NCBI GenBank assembly: GCA_041937175.2
Contig: CP166615.1
Coordinates: 3,264,001 to 3,328,000, forward strand
DNA: 64,000 nt
From: Limnothrix sp. BL-A-16
Lineage (GTDB): Bacteria; Cyanobacteriota; Cyanobacteriia; CACIAM-69d
Direction of reading: 5' to 3'
Below, one piece after another: positions 28,336 to 39,442 of the stretch (positions within the stretch are counted from its first letter, which is position 1; each line of letters starts with the position of its first letter). The translations under genes were made by a program, and so were the position numbers. The notes beneath the pieces were generated by a model. The model was not told the origin of the DNA. It worked only from the letters and a program-made list of their open reading frames with translations, and did not search any database.

Positions 28336-29421
28336 ATGACCCTTGCGATTAATTTGAGTTTTACGATTCCCGAACCAACGGGCTTGGCAACTTACGCGAT
28401 CGAACTGTTGCCCTACTTGCGATCGCGCGATCCTTTGCTATTTAGCCCCTGGGAAATGGCGGGGTTTCGTAACCAGCGCGTGCCCGCCAACATGACTTCA
28501 GATTTAGGCGCAAAGGGTCATCTACGGCGACTGTTTTGGACGCAATTTCGCTTGCCGCAACTGTGCCGTCGATCGGGTGTTGAGCTGCTGTTTTGTCCGG
28601 TTCCCGAGGCTCCAATTCAGTTTGGCACTCGGGCCCTGCGCACCCTGGTGATGGTACATGATTTGATTCCGCTGCGGTTTTTTCCGCCCCGATCGCGCCT
28701 ACATCTTTACAGCAAATATTACGTGCGCCGAGTGGCCGAACAGGCCACCCATTTGCTCTGTAATTCCCAGGCCACGGCCGATGATTTAGTCCATTTTTTC
28801 CAAATTCCTGCCCAGAAAATTACCGTCACTCCGTTAGCGCACAATGCCGATCGCTACCGATTTTTGAACCTGCCGCGCCGCCCTTATTTCTTCTATGTGG
28901 GACGCAACGATCCTTACAAAAATTTACCGGGGGCGATCGCGGCCTTTGCCCAATTTTTGCGGATGGCTCCGGCCAATGATTGGCAATTTTGGATTGCTGG
29001 GCCCATGAACCCGCGCTATCAACCGGCCCTGGCGGCCCAAATTGCGGAATTGGGTTTGGCCGATCGGGTGCGCTTTTTAGGATATGTGCCGATCGAGCAA
29101 TTACCGGTATTGCTGAACCAGGCGATCGCGTTGGTTTTTCCCACTCGTTGGGAAGGCTTTGGGATTCCGGCCCTGGAAGCGATGGCCTGCGGTACACCCG
29201 TGATCACCTCCAATCTGGCTTCGTTGCCGGAGGTAACGGGCGATGCAGCGTTGTTGATTGACCCAGAACAACCCCGAGCCATTGCTGATGCCATGGTGCA
29301 GGTGGCCACCGATGACCGACTTTGGCAGGAGTTACACCAACGCAGCCTCGATCGCGCCAGTCAGTTCAGTTGGGCCAAAACCGCAGCCCAAACGCAAGCC
29401 GTTTTGAGGCAATTGTTTTAA
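28336..29421 (+). CDS. Glycosyltransferase family 4
   Basis: [25 protein letters not shown] (EX7E). Confidence 0.92.
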   Translation: MTLAINLSFTIPEPTGLATYAIELLPYLRSRDPLLFSPWEMAGFRNQRVPANMTSDLGAKGHLRRLFWTQFRLPQLCRRSGVELLFCPVPEAPIQFGTRALRTLVMVHDLIPLRFFPPRSRLHLYSKYYVRRVAEQATHLLCNSQATADDLVHFFQIPAQKITVTPLAHNADRYRFLNLPRRPYFFYVGRNDPYKNLPGAIAAFAQFLRMAPANDWQFWIAGPMNPRYQPALAAQIAELGLADRVRFLGYVPIEQLPVLLNQAIALVFPTRWEGFGIPALEAMACGTPVITSNLASLPEVTGDAALLIDPEQPRAIADAMVQVATDDRLWQELHQRSLDRASQFSWAKTAAQTQAVLRQLF

Positions 29422-29488
29422 GGCAATGTCAAGCCCCTTGAAAGCAAGGCGCTGGCAACGGCCAAATCGACCGACCTAGAAGCATATG

Positions 29489-29600
29489 GATCGTGGGGGA
29501 CAAGGGGCTTAAGCCCCTTGTTACGGCGACTAGGGCATGGAAGATCAATCGTTTCAGCATCACCTCGAAAAATGACGACACCCCCTAAGCCCCTTGCCCC
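29489..29600. mobile_element. MITE partial copy D plus flanking half-palindrome
   Basis: Palindrome at 29501-29520; right TIR TGACGACACCCCC (29573-29585); followed by TAAGCCCCTTG. Confidence 0.7.
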
Positions 29601-29663
29601 CACAACGATTGAGTGGAATAACCACTGGTCTCCACCTTCTTCACCACGCCAAGCGCTCAAACA

Positions 29664-29697
29664 ATTCAGGGGACGATCGCCCGATCGCCCCCTGAAT
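29664..29697. terminator. Hairpin between convergent GT4 and ho1
   Basis: ATTCAGGGG-a-CGATCG-cc-CGATCG-c-CCCCTGAAT inverted repeat. Confidence 0.5.
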
Positions 29698-29764
29698 CTG
29701 GGTGCTGGTTTCCTGAGTCAATTATCCTCAGTGTCCGTTACCCATCCAAGCCAATTGATTTAGC

Positions 29765-30484
29765 CTATTCAGCGGTGGCCAGCTCTTCCGTGCTGCCCCG
29801 GCTGCGGCGGCGGGTCAGGGTGTTAAACAACATTTGCCCGATCGCCTTGATCAAATTGCCTTCCAATTCCATGAACATTTTCATGTTCTTGCCAAACGCA
29901 TCATTGGCTTCATCCACAATGCGATCGGCCGTGGCTTCATCGATCGGCAATTCGTTCAGCGCTGCCCGATATTGGTTCTTGAAAGCCTTCTCATCCGAGA
30001 TGGTTTCAAACTCATAGAAAGCCGTTCCTTGGCCATCGGTCAAGTTCATGGCATTCACGGCAATGTTCTTGAGAATTTGCCCACCGGACAAGTCACCCAA
30101 ATAGCGCGTGTAGGAATGGGCCACCAACAATTCGGGAGCCGTGGCCGACACTTCCCGCACCCGAGCAATGTAGTCTTGGGCGGCGGTCGAAGGCTTCACT
30201 TCTTCACGCCAATTGGAGCCGTAATAGTAAGCCAAATCACGCTCCAGGCTGCTCTTGCGATACAACTCTTGGAAGTTGATCGGCGCAACAACTGGGTGAT
30301 CTTTGTGCTTGGTCATTTCCTCTTCCATTGCCGTGTAGACAAAGTAGAGGTTGCCCACCAGTTTGCGATAGGAGCTTTTTTCGACTACGCCTTTCAGAAA
30401 GCACTTCACGAAGCCGACATTCTCTGCCATGCTGTGTGATTTTTTCGTGCCTTCGCGTAGTTTGGTTGCTAAATTGACGCTCAT
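29765..30484 (-). CDS. ho1: Heme oxygenase (biliverdin-producing)
   Basis: MSVNLATKLREGTKKSHSMAENVGF; HSYTRYLGDLSGGQ. Confidence 0.96.
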   Translation of the reverse strand: MSVNLATKLREGTKKSHSMAENVGFVKCFLKGVVEKSSYRKLVGNLYFVYTAMEEEMTKHKDHPVVAPINFQELYRKSSLERDLAYYYGSNWREEVKPSTAAQDYIARVREVSATAPELLVAHSYTRYLGDLSGGQILKNIAVNAMNLTDGQGTAFYEFETISDEKAFKNQYRAALNELPIDEATADRIVDEANDAFGKNMKMFMELEGNLIKAIGQMLFNTLTRRRSRGSTEELATAE

Positions 30485-30807
30485 GTTAAAGAAGTTGAGA
30501 AGTCTGCGAATACCAGTTTGCCAATTTTGTGCGATTCCTGGGCAAAGGCAGCGGGGGAGAAATCCACACCCCCTACCGAACGCGGGCCCCTAAAACAGTT
30601 AGGTTGCGACGGTTGCCGACACAGGGCAGCACTTAACCACGGCGAAAGACGGCCAAAGCAAAATCCTGTCTCGATCGCTGGGTGACTCGATCGTTAGATT
30701 AGCGGGATTTTCTGAACGTTATGGTTAAGAATCATGACAAGCACCAAAGTTATCGAGTTTGATCAAATCAATCATTTTCGTATCTCTCCTTGCTTGAATC
30801 CCTGGCT

Positions 30808-31875
30808 GTGAGTTTTTGCCTAAACCCCCAGTGCGATCGCCCGCACAATCCCGATCAGGGAAATTTTTGCCTCAATTGCGGTGCTCCCTTGCTGTTGCGG
30901 GGGCACTACCGCGCCATTCGCCCCCTGGGCCGTGGCGGCTTTGCACGCACCTACTTGGGCATCGATCGCGATCGGCTCGATACCCCCTGTGCCATTAAGC
31001 AATTTTTGCCCAGCGCCAAAACCCCCGCTGGCCGCGACAAGGCGATTGAACTGTTCACCCGCGAGGCCCTACGGCTGCGAGACTTGGGCGACAATCCGCA
31101 AATTCCCGCCCTGTTGGGATTTTTTGAGGAAGGGGGCTACCTCTACCTGGTGCAGGAATACATCGCCGGGGAAACCATCGATCGGGAACTGCAACGATCA
31201 GGCCCGTTCAGCGAAGCCAAGCTGCTGGCCTTCCTGCGGGATTTGTTGCCCGTGTTGCAATTTGTGCACGATCGCAGCACGATTCACCGGGATCTGAAGC
31301 CCTTGAACCTGATTCGTCGTCAACGGGATCAGCGAATTGTCCCGATCGATTTCGGCGTGGCTAAAGTGCTGGAAGCCAACACCCAAAGCCGCCCCGGCAC
31401 GAAAATTGGCACGGCCGGCTATGCGCCCGATGAGCAATTGCGCGGCGGCCAGGCCTATCCCGCCAGCGATCTCTACAGCGTGGGAGCGATCTGCGTGTTT
31501 CTGCTGACCGGTGTGGAACCGGAGGAGCTATACAACCCCCTGACGGGCCAGTGGCCTTGGCGAGAACAGTTGGCCCAATGGCGGGATGAGCTGTCGGGCA
31601 ATGGAGATTCGCTAGATGCATCCCAACGGAAGCACTTGCCGGTGTCTGACTCGGTGAGCGAAGGGTTGGGCTTGGTGCTCGATCGACTCTTGCAACCGGC
31701 CGTTGCCGATCGCTACCAAAGCGCCCTGGAAGTGCTGGCGGATCTAGACAACATCATTCGCACCATGCCCCCTTCTCCCTACCGTCGAGAAGAGTCCATG
31801 GCGGTCGATCGCGATCGGGCCAAGCGCTTTTGGCTGACTCGAATTGGCACATCTTCCGGCGGCAATTTTTCATAG
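30808..31875 (+). CDS. Ser/Thr protein kinase with 4-Cys prefix domain
   Basis: CLNPQC..CLNCG, LGRGGF, AIK, HRDLKPLN, DFG; no C-terminal sensor domain. Confidence 0.88.
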   Translation: MSFCLNPQCDRPHNPDQGNFCLNCGAPLLLRGHYRAIRPLGRGGFARTYLGIDRDRLDTPCAIKQFLPSAKTPAGRDKAIELFTREALRLRDLGDNPQIPALLGFFEEGGYLYLVQEYIAGETIDRELQRSGPFSEAKLLAFLRDLLPVLQFVHDRSTIHRDLKPLNLIRRQRDQRIVPIDFGVAKVLEANTQSRPGTKIGTAGYAPDEQLRGGQAYPASDLYSVGAICVFLLTGVEPEELYNPLTGQWPWREQLAQWRDELSGNGDSLDASQRKHLPVSDSVSEGLGLVLDRLLQPAVADRYQSALEVLADLDNIIRTMPPSPYRREESMAVDRDRAKRFWLTRIGTSSGGNFS

Positions 31876-32915
31876 AACTCGGGCAGTTTGACCTTAATTG
31901 TCCAGAGCACGGCCTTTTCAATTTCCAGGTGCGATCGATAGCGATAAACAAATTTCCAAGCTAACCGATTAGGCAAAAAGATAAAGACCAAAATCTTGGT
32001 CAAAATCTTGATTGTGCAATCACGGTTTTCTCGCACAAATTCCCAATTATCGCGCCAAATCCAATAGGCTAAATAGCGCAGGGCCAAAAAAGCACGGTTG
32101 CGGTGAATTCCCCCATCCATCGCCTTATACAACAAGAATTTATAGCGATTATTCAGGGTCATTTGCACCAGCTTGCCAAAGCGCTTGCGATCGGCTGGAT
32201 TTTGACTGAGCCGTTGGTGCTCTCGGTTAATAATTGCCAAGCTCACCTGCTCCATCTTGATCGCATTGGTGGAGGCGGAACCCCTCACCTGGCGATAATG
32301 CACCTGTAATTTCGGCACACAAATAAATTCATAGGATTCCGCCAAGCGCAACCAAAAATCCCAATCTTCCGCCGGGTGCAGCGATCCTTCATAGCCCCCC
32401 AATTCAAAATAGGCATCGCGCCGGATCATCGTGTTCGATCCTGATTGCACAATGTCAATCAATAAAATCTGTAAGTAGGTGTTATATTCCGTGTCAATAA
32501 AGCCCCCGTCACGAATATAATTTCCCTCTTCATCAACCCAATCAATCCAACTGTAAACGGCTCCGGCTTCTGGGTTGGCTTCAAGGGCATTCACCTGATC
32601 TTCAACCTTGTCCGATGTCCACAGATCATCCGCGTCAATAAAGGTGAGATATCGCCCTCGGGACACCATGGCCCCATGATTACGAGCAGCGGCCACACCG
32701 GCATTTTCCTGTTCAATCAGCTTCAGGCGGGGATCTGTGAATTGCCGCACCACGTTGGAGGTGTTGTCGGTGGAACCATCGTTGACAACGATCACTTCGA
32801 TGTCCCGCAAAGTCTGATTCAGGACGGATTCGATCGTTTCAGCAATGGTTTTTGCCCCGTTATAGGCGGGAATAATAATCGATGCAGTGGGGACGGCGTT
32901 CATGGGTGGGGCCAT
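31779..32915 (-). CDS. Glycosyltransferase family 2
   Basis: IIIPAYN, VNDGSTD, FIDADD, AEDWDFWLR. Confidence 0.92.
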   Translation of the reverse strand: MAPPMNAVPTASIIIPAYNGAKTIAETIESVLNQTLRDIEVIVVNDGSTDNTSNVVRQFTDPRLKLIEQENAGVAAARNHGAMVSRGRYLTFIDADDLWTSDKVEDQVNALEANPEAGAVYSWIDWVDEEGNYIRDGGFIDTEYNTYLQILLIDIVQSGSNTMIRRDAYFELGGYEGSLHPAEDWDFWLRLAESYEFICVPKLQVHYRQVRGSASTNAIKMEQVSLAIINREHQRLSQNPADRKRFGKLVQMTLNNRYKFLLYKAMDGGIHRNRAFLALRYLAYWIWRDNWEFVRENRDCTIKILTKILVFIFLPNRLAWKFVYRYRSHLEIEKAVLWTIKVKLPEFYEKLPPEDVPIRVSQKRLARSRSTAMDSSRR

Positions 32916-33200
32916 CAGAAATCAACAAAACCAGGAAGAAATCGTGCCTTGAGCATAGCCTCCGGCTTGGGGCTGCTGGTAGCTTTCATTGGCTTCCCCA
33001 TTTCTGAAATTCGCGCAGAATTGGCCCCATCCGCCTAAAACGCAATTCTTGATTGTTTTCGATCGGGTTTTCGATGGGCCCCGATCGGGGCATGGCGGAA
33101 GCCGCAAAAACCGCAACGGGCTGGGTCAAGCACTGAATAAGCTCGGGATGCGCTGAACTCGTTGAATGGGCTGAATTTGTTGAATGGGCTGAGGTAACCC

Positions 33201-34694
33201 CTAGGAACCACAGCGGGCCCGATCAGCTGCGAGGCGCTCCTTCAGCTTCGGGGTGATGCCGGTGGTGGCGTTGCTCCAGAGGCGATCGAACTCCCGCTGA
33301 AACAGGGTCGCCACGATCGGGTGCTTGACCACCAACAGGGTTTCATCATTGAGGCGATCGGCTGCCGCAGACCAGTTGTGAGAACCGGTCAGCACCGTTT
33401 GCCCATCCACCAAGCCAAATTTGTGGTGCAGCAGGTCACCCATGGGCAACTCCGGGGAACCCACGGTGGTGATCGGTGGGTTCCAAGGTCGCTGATTGGG
33501 TTCCAGTTCGCAGGTTCTGCGGCGCAGGGTCACCCCCAGCAGATCCAGGGCTTCGCTATAGTCCCGGGCCAGGAAGCTCGGATCCACCAGCACACGCACT
33601 TTAGCTCCTCGGCGGTGGGCGGTTTCCATGGCATCCGCGATCGCCTGTTCTGAAAAAACAAACAGGGCCAGATCGATCGAGCGGGTGGCCTGGCCCACAT
33701 TGGCCGCAATCACCCCATTGGTGCGTTCAGGAAAAGGAACGGCGGTTTTCATGGGCGAAAACTGAATGCCAATGGTGGCATCACCCACTTGGGTCGATCG
33801 CAGGGGGCGCAGGGGCTTGTTCGTGCCAAAGCGGCTGTCGGGCTGACCGCCGGGCCCATCGCCCCACATCAGCGCAAATTCCTCCAGCAACCAACCGGCC
33901 ACGACGGGGCTATCAATTTCTAACAGGTTATTGGGATTGCCGCGACTGGCGGGCCGGCCCATGTCGCCATGGACATCGCTGAGGGTGAAGTTCGCGGAGG
34001 TGATGATCGATCGATTGCCGTCCACCACGATGAACTTGTGGTGCATCAAGCCCGATCCCTTGGATCCATCGGCGGTGTCGTCTAGGGTGGGCACGCCGCC
34101 CTGAGCCAACATCACCATGGCATCGGTTGCCAGCACCTCTGCTTCACTGACGGTTCCGTCGCCGTTGCGATCGCCCAGTCGGAAATAATCTTCAATGCGC
34201 GATCGCTCCCGATCGCTCAGTTGCGCCAACTCCTCCGGGCTGTAGCTGCTCCAGGGACGGCTGGCGCTGTTTTCCAAAATCACCCGTACTTGCAGGCCGG
34301 CTCGATGGCGATCGACCAAGGCTTGGGCCAACCGAGGCAAGCGCAATTCCTGCACGGCCACCACCACGGTCGATCGGGCGCTTTCGACCAACTGCACCAT
34401 GCGCCCTTCGAGGTCATCGCCCGATCGCTCAATGCCCCGGTAGGGATCGCGATATTGACTAGCAAGATTGTGATTAAAAAATGCCCGCACGGGGCCCGGT
34501 TGGGCGATCGGGGAAGGACGACTTTCGGCGGAACCACCTGAGTTGTTGAATTCAGCGGCCGGCGGCAAGGATCCACCCTGGAACTGGGGGCCCGCAGACC
34601 CGCAACCCCAGAGGGCGATCGCACCCAAAAGGCTAAACGTCCAAAGACCCCCCCAGGATTTCAACCGCCCGATCGCCCATCCGTTCGTTTCCAT
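33201..34694 (-). CDS. Phospholipase D-superfamily lipoprotein (ComA/Slr0197-like nuclease)
   Basis: Lipobox ALWGC; two HxKxxxxD motifs (MHHKFIVVD, LHHKFGLVD); EF-hand-like DRNGDGTVSEAE. Confidence 0.82.
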   Translation of the reverse strand: METNGWAIGRLKSWGGLWTFSLLGAIALWGCGSAGPQFQGGSLPPAAEFNNSGGSAESRPSPIAQPGPVRAFFNHNLASQYRDPYRGIERSGDDLEGRMVQLVESARSTVVVAVQELRLPRLAQALVDRHRAGLQVRVILENSASRPWSSYSPEELAQLSDRERSRIEDYFRLGDRNGDGTVSEAEVLATDAMVMLAQGGVPTLDDTADGSKGSGLMHHKFIVVDGNRSIITSANFTLSDVHGDMGRPASRGNPNNLLEIDSPVVAGWLLEEFALMWGDGPGGQPDSRFGTNKPLRPLRSTQVGDATIGIQFSPMKTAVPFPERTNGVIAANVGQATRSIDLALFVFSEQAIADAMETAHRRGAKVRVLVDPSFLARDYSEALDLLGVTLRRRTCELEPNQRPWNPPITTVGSPELPMGDLLHHKFGLVDGQTVLTGSHNWSAAADRLNDETLLVVKHPIVATLFQREFDRLWSNATTGITPKLKERLAADRARCGS

Positions 34695-34844
34695 CACCCC
34701 GATCGCCCGTTGAATGGCAACTAGTCCACAGCAACTGTTGAGCTGTTGAGCAACCCGTTCAGCCCAAGTTGAGCCGCACGAGTTGAGCCAAATGCAGCCC
34801 ACTTGAATTCAGCCCACTTGAATTAGGCCAGGTTAACTGCGCAA

Positions 34845-35354
34845 TTACTGGTAAGCGGCCACACACTTTTCAACCAGCGCCGCCACCTTGTCTGCCTCCT
34901 GCCAACCGAGGATTTCCGTCACCTTCTTTTCCAGATTCTTGTAGGTGCGGAAGAACTCAGCAATTTCTTCCAAGCGGTGGGGGTGAATGTCCTTCAGGGA
35001 GTTCACACCGGCATAGCGGGGATCCGCAGCGGGAACGCAAAGGATCTTTTCGTCCCGATCGCCCCCATCCACCATTTCCAAGAAGCCGATCGGGCGTGCG
35101 GCAATCACGCAACCGGGGAAGGTCGGCTCATCCATAATCACCATCCCATCGAGGGGATCGCCATCATCCGCCAAGGTGTTGGGAATAAAACCATAGTCAA
35201 ACGGATAGCGCACCGAGGCATACAACACCCGATCGAGGGCGAAGGCTTGCATATCCTTATCGAACTCGTATTTGTTCTTGCTGCCACCGGGAATTTCCAC
35301 CAGCACGTTCACAATTCCGGGCTTCGGTTGGGCAGGAATGCGCGACAGATCCAT
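34845..35354 (-). CDS. ppa: Inorganic pyrophosphatase
   Basis: [26 protein letters not shown]. Confidence 0.96.
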   Translation of the reverse strand: MDLSRIPAQPKPGIVNVLVEIPGGSKNKYEFDKDMQAFALDRVLYASVRYPFDYGFIPNTLADDGDPLDGMVIMDEPTFPGCVIAARPIGFLEMVDGGDRDEKILCVPAADPRYAGVNSLKDIHPHRLEEIAEFFRTYKNLEKKVTEILGWQEADKVAALVEKCVAAYQ

Positions 35355-35697
35355 GGTCTCGATCCTAAAAGCTTGCTTGAATACTTGCTTGCGCCAGAGC
35401 AAACTCCAATCGATCGCGCCCGATCGTCCATCATCATTGACTCCCTGCAATGGCTGGATGGGAACCCAGCTTCTTAACCCCCAGGCGATCGAGGGTTGGG
35501 CATCGATCCTGACAGACACCGGGCGCGATCGGAGCGCCCCTTTTGGCCCTCCAATAATTGCATGGAGCGCGACCCCAGGGGTAGCAACCAGCGATCGGGC
35601 TGGGGAATTGGTCGCTCAGAACGATCGGCACTCAGGATCCTGAGCACTGCGAATCTATTTGGTGAATCTATCCAAGGCTCAAAACTAGCTTGAGCGC

Positions 35698-36060
35698 TTA
35701 GGGCATCGGCTGTTCCGCACGGAAGACCGCTGGCGTTGGCAGGGCAGTGGAGGGCATCGCATCCCAATTGGAATAAACCACCGCCATCCAAGGCAAGGTC
35801 AGGGTTAACAGGGCGATCGTCGTTCCCAAACAGCGGGCCCAAACCGCCGAGGGGGGTTCCGTCAACATCGCCGGACGCGACAACAGAACGGGGGACGGAG
35901 GATCGTTAGATTTTGAGGCCGATTTTAGGACAGAGGCTGAGGCCAAACTTTGGGGCGATTTTAGGGCGGGCGATTTTAGGGCGCGATTGGATGGGGAGCG
36001 GAGGGGAAAGGCAGAATGCAAAAGCGGTTCGAGCGGACGACTACTACCGTCACTATCCAT
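35698..36060 (-). CDS. Hypothetical single-TM protein
   Basis: Ser/Pro-rich N-terminus and TM LGTTIALLTLTLPWMAVVYS; start uncertain. Confidence 0.5.
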   Translation of the reverse strand: MDSDGSSRPLEPLLHSAFPLRSPSNRALKSPALKSPQSLASASVLKSASKSNDPPSPVLLSRPAMLTEPPSAVWARCLGTTIALLTLTLPWMAVVYSNWDAMPSTALPTPAVFRAEQPMP

Positions 36061-36296
36061 AGGGAAGTCTGAAATCAGCAATCGGATCTCCGCTGAATAA
36101 ACCAGCGATCGGGGGCTGGGGTTGGCCGTGGCTGCGGGTCGATCGGGCAGGAAACCCACCCCTCTCAACCCAGCTCGGGCCGCCACCAGCTCGATGGGCG
36201 ATCGATTCATCCAGTCAAATCGGGCCGCCGGGAGATGCCGTGCCGATCATCGTAGCAAGTCCCCGGGCTGGGTTGGTGTTGGGAACTTGACCAAAC

Positions 36297-36770
36297 CTAC
36301 AATCCAGCAATCTGGGTCAGGGAAATTTCGCCCCGCAAAATTCCCACCACCAACACCAACGCCAAACAGCCCACAAAGGACAGGCCCAGCGTAAACAGGG
36401 CAAACAGTTCCCCGCCGGACAGGGGGCGATCGGTCGGATCCAAGTACAAATTGGAAGACTCGAAGGAACTGGGGGGCTGCAAATTTTGCCAGGGCTGCAC
36501 CACCGTCCAGCGGGAATAGCCGATCGAGAGGTCATATTGCTCCCGGCGATCGGGATTGCTCAACACCGCATAGGCCTGGTTCAACTCTTGAAATTTGACC
36601 GTGGCGATCGGAAGCGGCAACTCAGTTGTGTCCGGGTGATAGGCCTTGCTCAGTTCGCGATATTGCCGCCGAATTTCAATCACATCCGCCGAGGGATGCA
36701 GCCCCAAAAGGTCGTAGTAGGTCATTTTGGGATCAAGAGAGCCAGACTGTGCCGTTCGATCGCCTGCCAT
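36297..36770 (-). CDS. J-domain (DnaJ-like) protein with C-terminal TM
   Basis: YYDLLGL, HPD motif, LNQAYAVLSNPDRR. Confidence 0.88.
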   Translation of the reverse strand: MAGDRTAQSGSLDPKMTYYDLLGLHPSADVIEIRRQYRELSKAYHPDTTELPLPIATVKFQELNQAYAVLSNPDRREQYDLSIGYSRWTVVQPWQNLQPPSSFESSNLYLDPTDRPLSGGELFALFTLGLSFVGCLALVLVVGILRGEISLTQIAGL

Positions 36771-36904
36771 AGTTGATGAACCCAATGCTGAATCAGGGTC
36801 AATAACCGCTAACCAAGATTCCGGTTTGACCGGTTTCCTGATTGTACTGTGATGGCCTCTCCGCCTTTGCTGCGGTGGCGCTGCGGTGGTGCTGTGTTTA
36901 GCGG

Positions 36905-38200
36905 TTAACGGGTTGCCGCTCCCAGCACCGTTTTGCCGCCCAGGTAGGGTTGCAGGGCTTCCGGCACGGCGATCGCCCCATCCGGTTGTTGATAATTTTC
37001 CAAAATTGCCGCCATCGTTCGGCCCACAGCCAGCCCGGAACCATTGAGGGTATGCAGGAATTGGGTTCCCTTCTTGCCCGCTTCCTTAAACCGCAAATTT
37101 CCCCGACGGGCTTGGAAATCGCCACAGTTCGAGCAACTGGAAATTTCTCGATATTTGTTTTGGGAGGGCAGCCAAACTTCCAAGTCGTAGCACTTTTGGG
37201 CCGAGAACCCCATGTCTCCCGTGCAAAGTTGCAACACCCGATAGGGCAGCTTCAGGGCCTGCAACACGCCCTCTGCATCCTGGAGCAATTGTTGGTGTTC
37301 TGCCTCCGAAGTTTCCGGCGACACAAACTTAAACAACTCCACTTTGTTGAACTGGTGCAACCGAATGAGTCCGCGCGTGTCGCGCCCATAGCTGCCGGCC
37401 TCGCGCCGGAAACAGGGCGTGTAGGCGCAGTGGTAAATCGGCAACTGATCATCGGTCAAGATTTCATCGCGGTACAGGCTGGTGACCGGTACTTCAGCGG
37501 TGGGCGCGAGCCACAGATCGTCGCGATCGCACTTGAAACTTTCTTCGGCAAACTTGGGCAACTGGCCCGAGGCGGTTAACGAGGCGGAGTTAATCAGAAT
37601 GGGGGGCAACACTTCCTGATATCCGGCGGCAATGTGGCGATCGAGCATGAAGCTAATCAACGCTCGCTCCAGGGCGGCCCCTTCGCCAATCAGCGCCACA
37701 AACCGGCTTTGGGCAATGCGGGTGGCCCGTTCAAAGTTCAACCAACCCAGCTTTTCGCCGATTTCGTAGTGGGGCAAAATGTCCGATCGCGTGGGGATCA
37801 AAGCCTCGCCCCACCGCCGAATTTCCACGTTGTCGTCCTCATCCTTCCCGATCGGGGTGGTGGGGTCGGGCAAGTTGGGAATGGTCATCAGGGCGCTTTC
37901 AATTTGCGCTTTCAAGTCCCGCTCTTGGGGTTCCAGCGCTGCCAATTGGGCCTTTAGTTGGTTGCCTTCTTCCTTCAGGGCCAAAACTTCCGCCCCCTGG
38001 GGATCGGCCCCTTGCTTCATCTTTTGGCCCACCAGTTTGCCAATTTCGTTGCTGCGGGCCTGGAGATCATTGCGCCGCTGTTCCAAGTCACGCACTGCCC
38101 GATCGAGTTCCAAAATCGGAGCAATATCGTATTGGCCACGGTGGTTCAGGCGTGCTTGTACATCATCAGGATTCGCACGCAGTAGCTTCAGGTCTAGCAC
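36905..38200 (-). CDS. serS: Serine--tRNA ligase
   Basis: [48 protein letters not shown]. Confidence 0.97.
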   Translation of the reverse strand: MLDLKLLRANPDDVQARLNHRGQYDIAPILELDRAVRDLEQRRNDLQARSNEIGKLVGQKMKQGADPQGAEVLALKEEGNQLKAQLAALEPQERDLKAQIESALMTIPNLPDPTTPIGKDEDDNVEIRRWGEALIPTRSDILPHYEIGEKLGWLNFERATRIAQSRFVALIGEGAALERALISFMLDRHIAAGYQEVLPPILINSASLTASGQLPKFAEESFKCDRDDLWLAPTAEVPVTSLYRDEILTDDQLPIYHCAYTPCFRREAGSYGRDTRGLIRLHQFNKVELFKFVSPETSEAEHQQLLQDAEGVLQALKLPYRVLQLCTGDMGFSAQKCYDLEVWLPSQNKYREISSCSNCGDFQARRGNLRFKEAGKKGTQFLHTLNGSGLAVGRTMAAILENYQQPDGAIAVPEALQPYLGGKTVLGAATR

Positions 38201-38362
38201 GATCGATGGGGGCTGTTTTCAGTAATATCTTGAGGTGCAACCATTCTATCGGCTGGTTTACCCTTGCTCGATCGCCCCGGCCCATTTCTCGTTGCCTGGG
38301 GTTAGTTCACCGTTGGCCCTGTTGGCGTGAACGCTGTCCGTTGATTCAACCTAACCCTGTCT

Positions 38363-38704
38363 ATGGATTACGAAACCGCCCGCGCCTTTTTGATTGGCCA
38401 AGGCAACGCGAGTTCTGAAAATGCCGATGCATTTTTGAATCGGCTGAAGGCAGGCAAACCCCCAATTCCCGGACAGGTTACCTCCATTCTGTTGGCCTTG
38501 AAGATGGTCTACAACGCTTTGGAAGGAACCCCCAGCCTCAGCCGGGAACTGGCCGGGCCGCTCTATCGGATTGCGGTCGAAAGTCGCGAGGCCTACGAAC
38601 AGGGCGATCGACAGGGGGTGAGCTGGCCGCCGCTGTTGGATGAAGACTTGGGGCGGATCGCGCGGGCCGCAGGCAGCATCTTTGCCGGAAGCTGGCAAGA
38701 TTAG
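38363..38704 (+). CDS. Conserved cyanobacterial hypothetical protein
   Basis: PPIPGQVTSILLALK and WPPLLDEDL motifs; 113 aa. Confidence 0.75.
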   Translation: MDYETARAFLIGQGNASSENADAFLNRLKAGKPPIPGQVTSILLALKMVYNALEGTPSLSRELAGPLYRIAVESREAYEQGDRQGVSWPPLLDEDLGRIARAAGSIFAGSWQD

Positions 38705-38751
38705 AACTTCATCAGCATTTCAACAGCATTTCAACAGCACCAGATCGCAGC

Positions 38752-39384
38752 ATGACTGAGGGGAACCGTTGGGGCATCGCCATCCACACCGCCAGCACCC
38801 AGTTGGGGTTGGCCAAGGGAGACTCGCCCCGTGACATCGTGGGGCGGGTTTGGGAACTGGGCACAAAACTCTCCAGCGATTTCCACGATCGACTGTCGGA
38901 GTTTGTGTATCCCTTGCCTTGGTCGGCGGTGCGGCTCTTGGCGGTGGCGATCGGCCCCGGCGGTTTCACCAGCACCCGCATTGGCGTGGTGGCAGCCCGC
39001 ACCCTTGCGCAACAGTTGGATCTCCCGCTGTTTGGCTATTCCACCCTGGCGGCGGCGGCCTGGCGACAGCGCCAACGGGCCCAACCGGGCGAATGGTTGG
39101 CGGTGCAAATGCCGGCCCGCCGGGGAGAATGGCATGGGGGCATCTATGAGGTTACGGCGGCGGGCTTGGTGACCCATGTGAGCGATCGGGTCTTGGCTCC
39201 GGAGCAGTGGGAAACCACAATCGCCCAGCAACCGGCCCCCTGTGTGATCGTGACGGCGGAGGCAGATTTGGGCCAAGACGCGATCGCCCTCTTGCAACTG
39301 GCCCAACAGGATTGGGCAAAGGACGTTCGGCCCCATTGGTCCACGGTCTTGCCGCACTATGGCCAACATCCGGTCGATCGATAG
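38752..39384 (+). CDS. tsaB: tRNA t6A biosynthesis protein TsaB
   Basis: IAIHTA, AVAIGPGGFTSTRIGVV, PARRG, LPHYGQHPV. Confidence 0.88.
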   Translation: MTEGNRWGIAIHTASTQLGLAKGDSPRDIVGRVWELGTKLSSDFHDRLSEFVYPLPWSAVRLLAVAIGPGGFTSTRIGVVAARTLAQQLDLPLFGYSTLAAAAWRQRQRAQPGEWLAVQMPARRGEWHGGIYEVTAAGLVTHVSDRVLAPEQWETTIAQQPAPCVIVTAEADLGQDAIALLQLAQQDWAKDVRPHWSTVLPHYGQHPVDR

Positions 39385-39442
39385 GGTGATCGCCAGGGCC
39401 CATCAGCAGCTTCAGCCCATCAGCACAACCGTAGACAGACCC

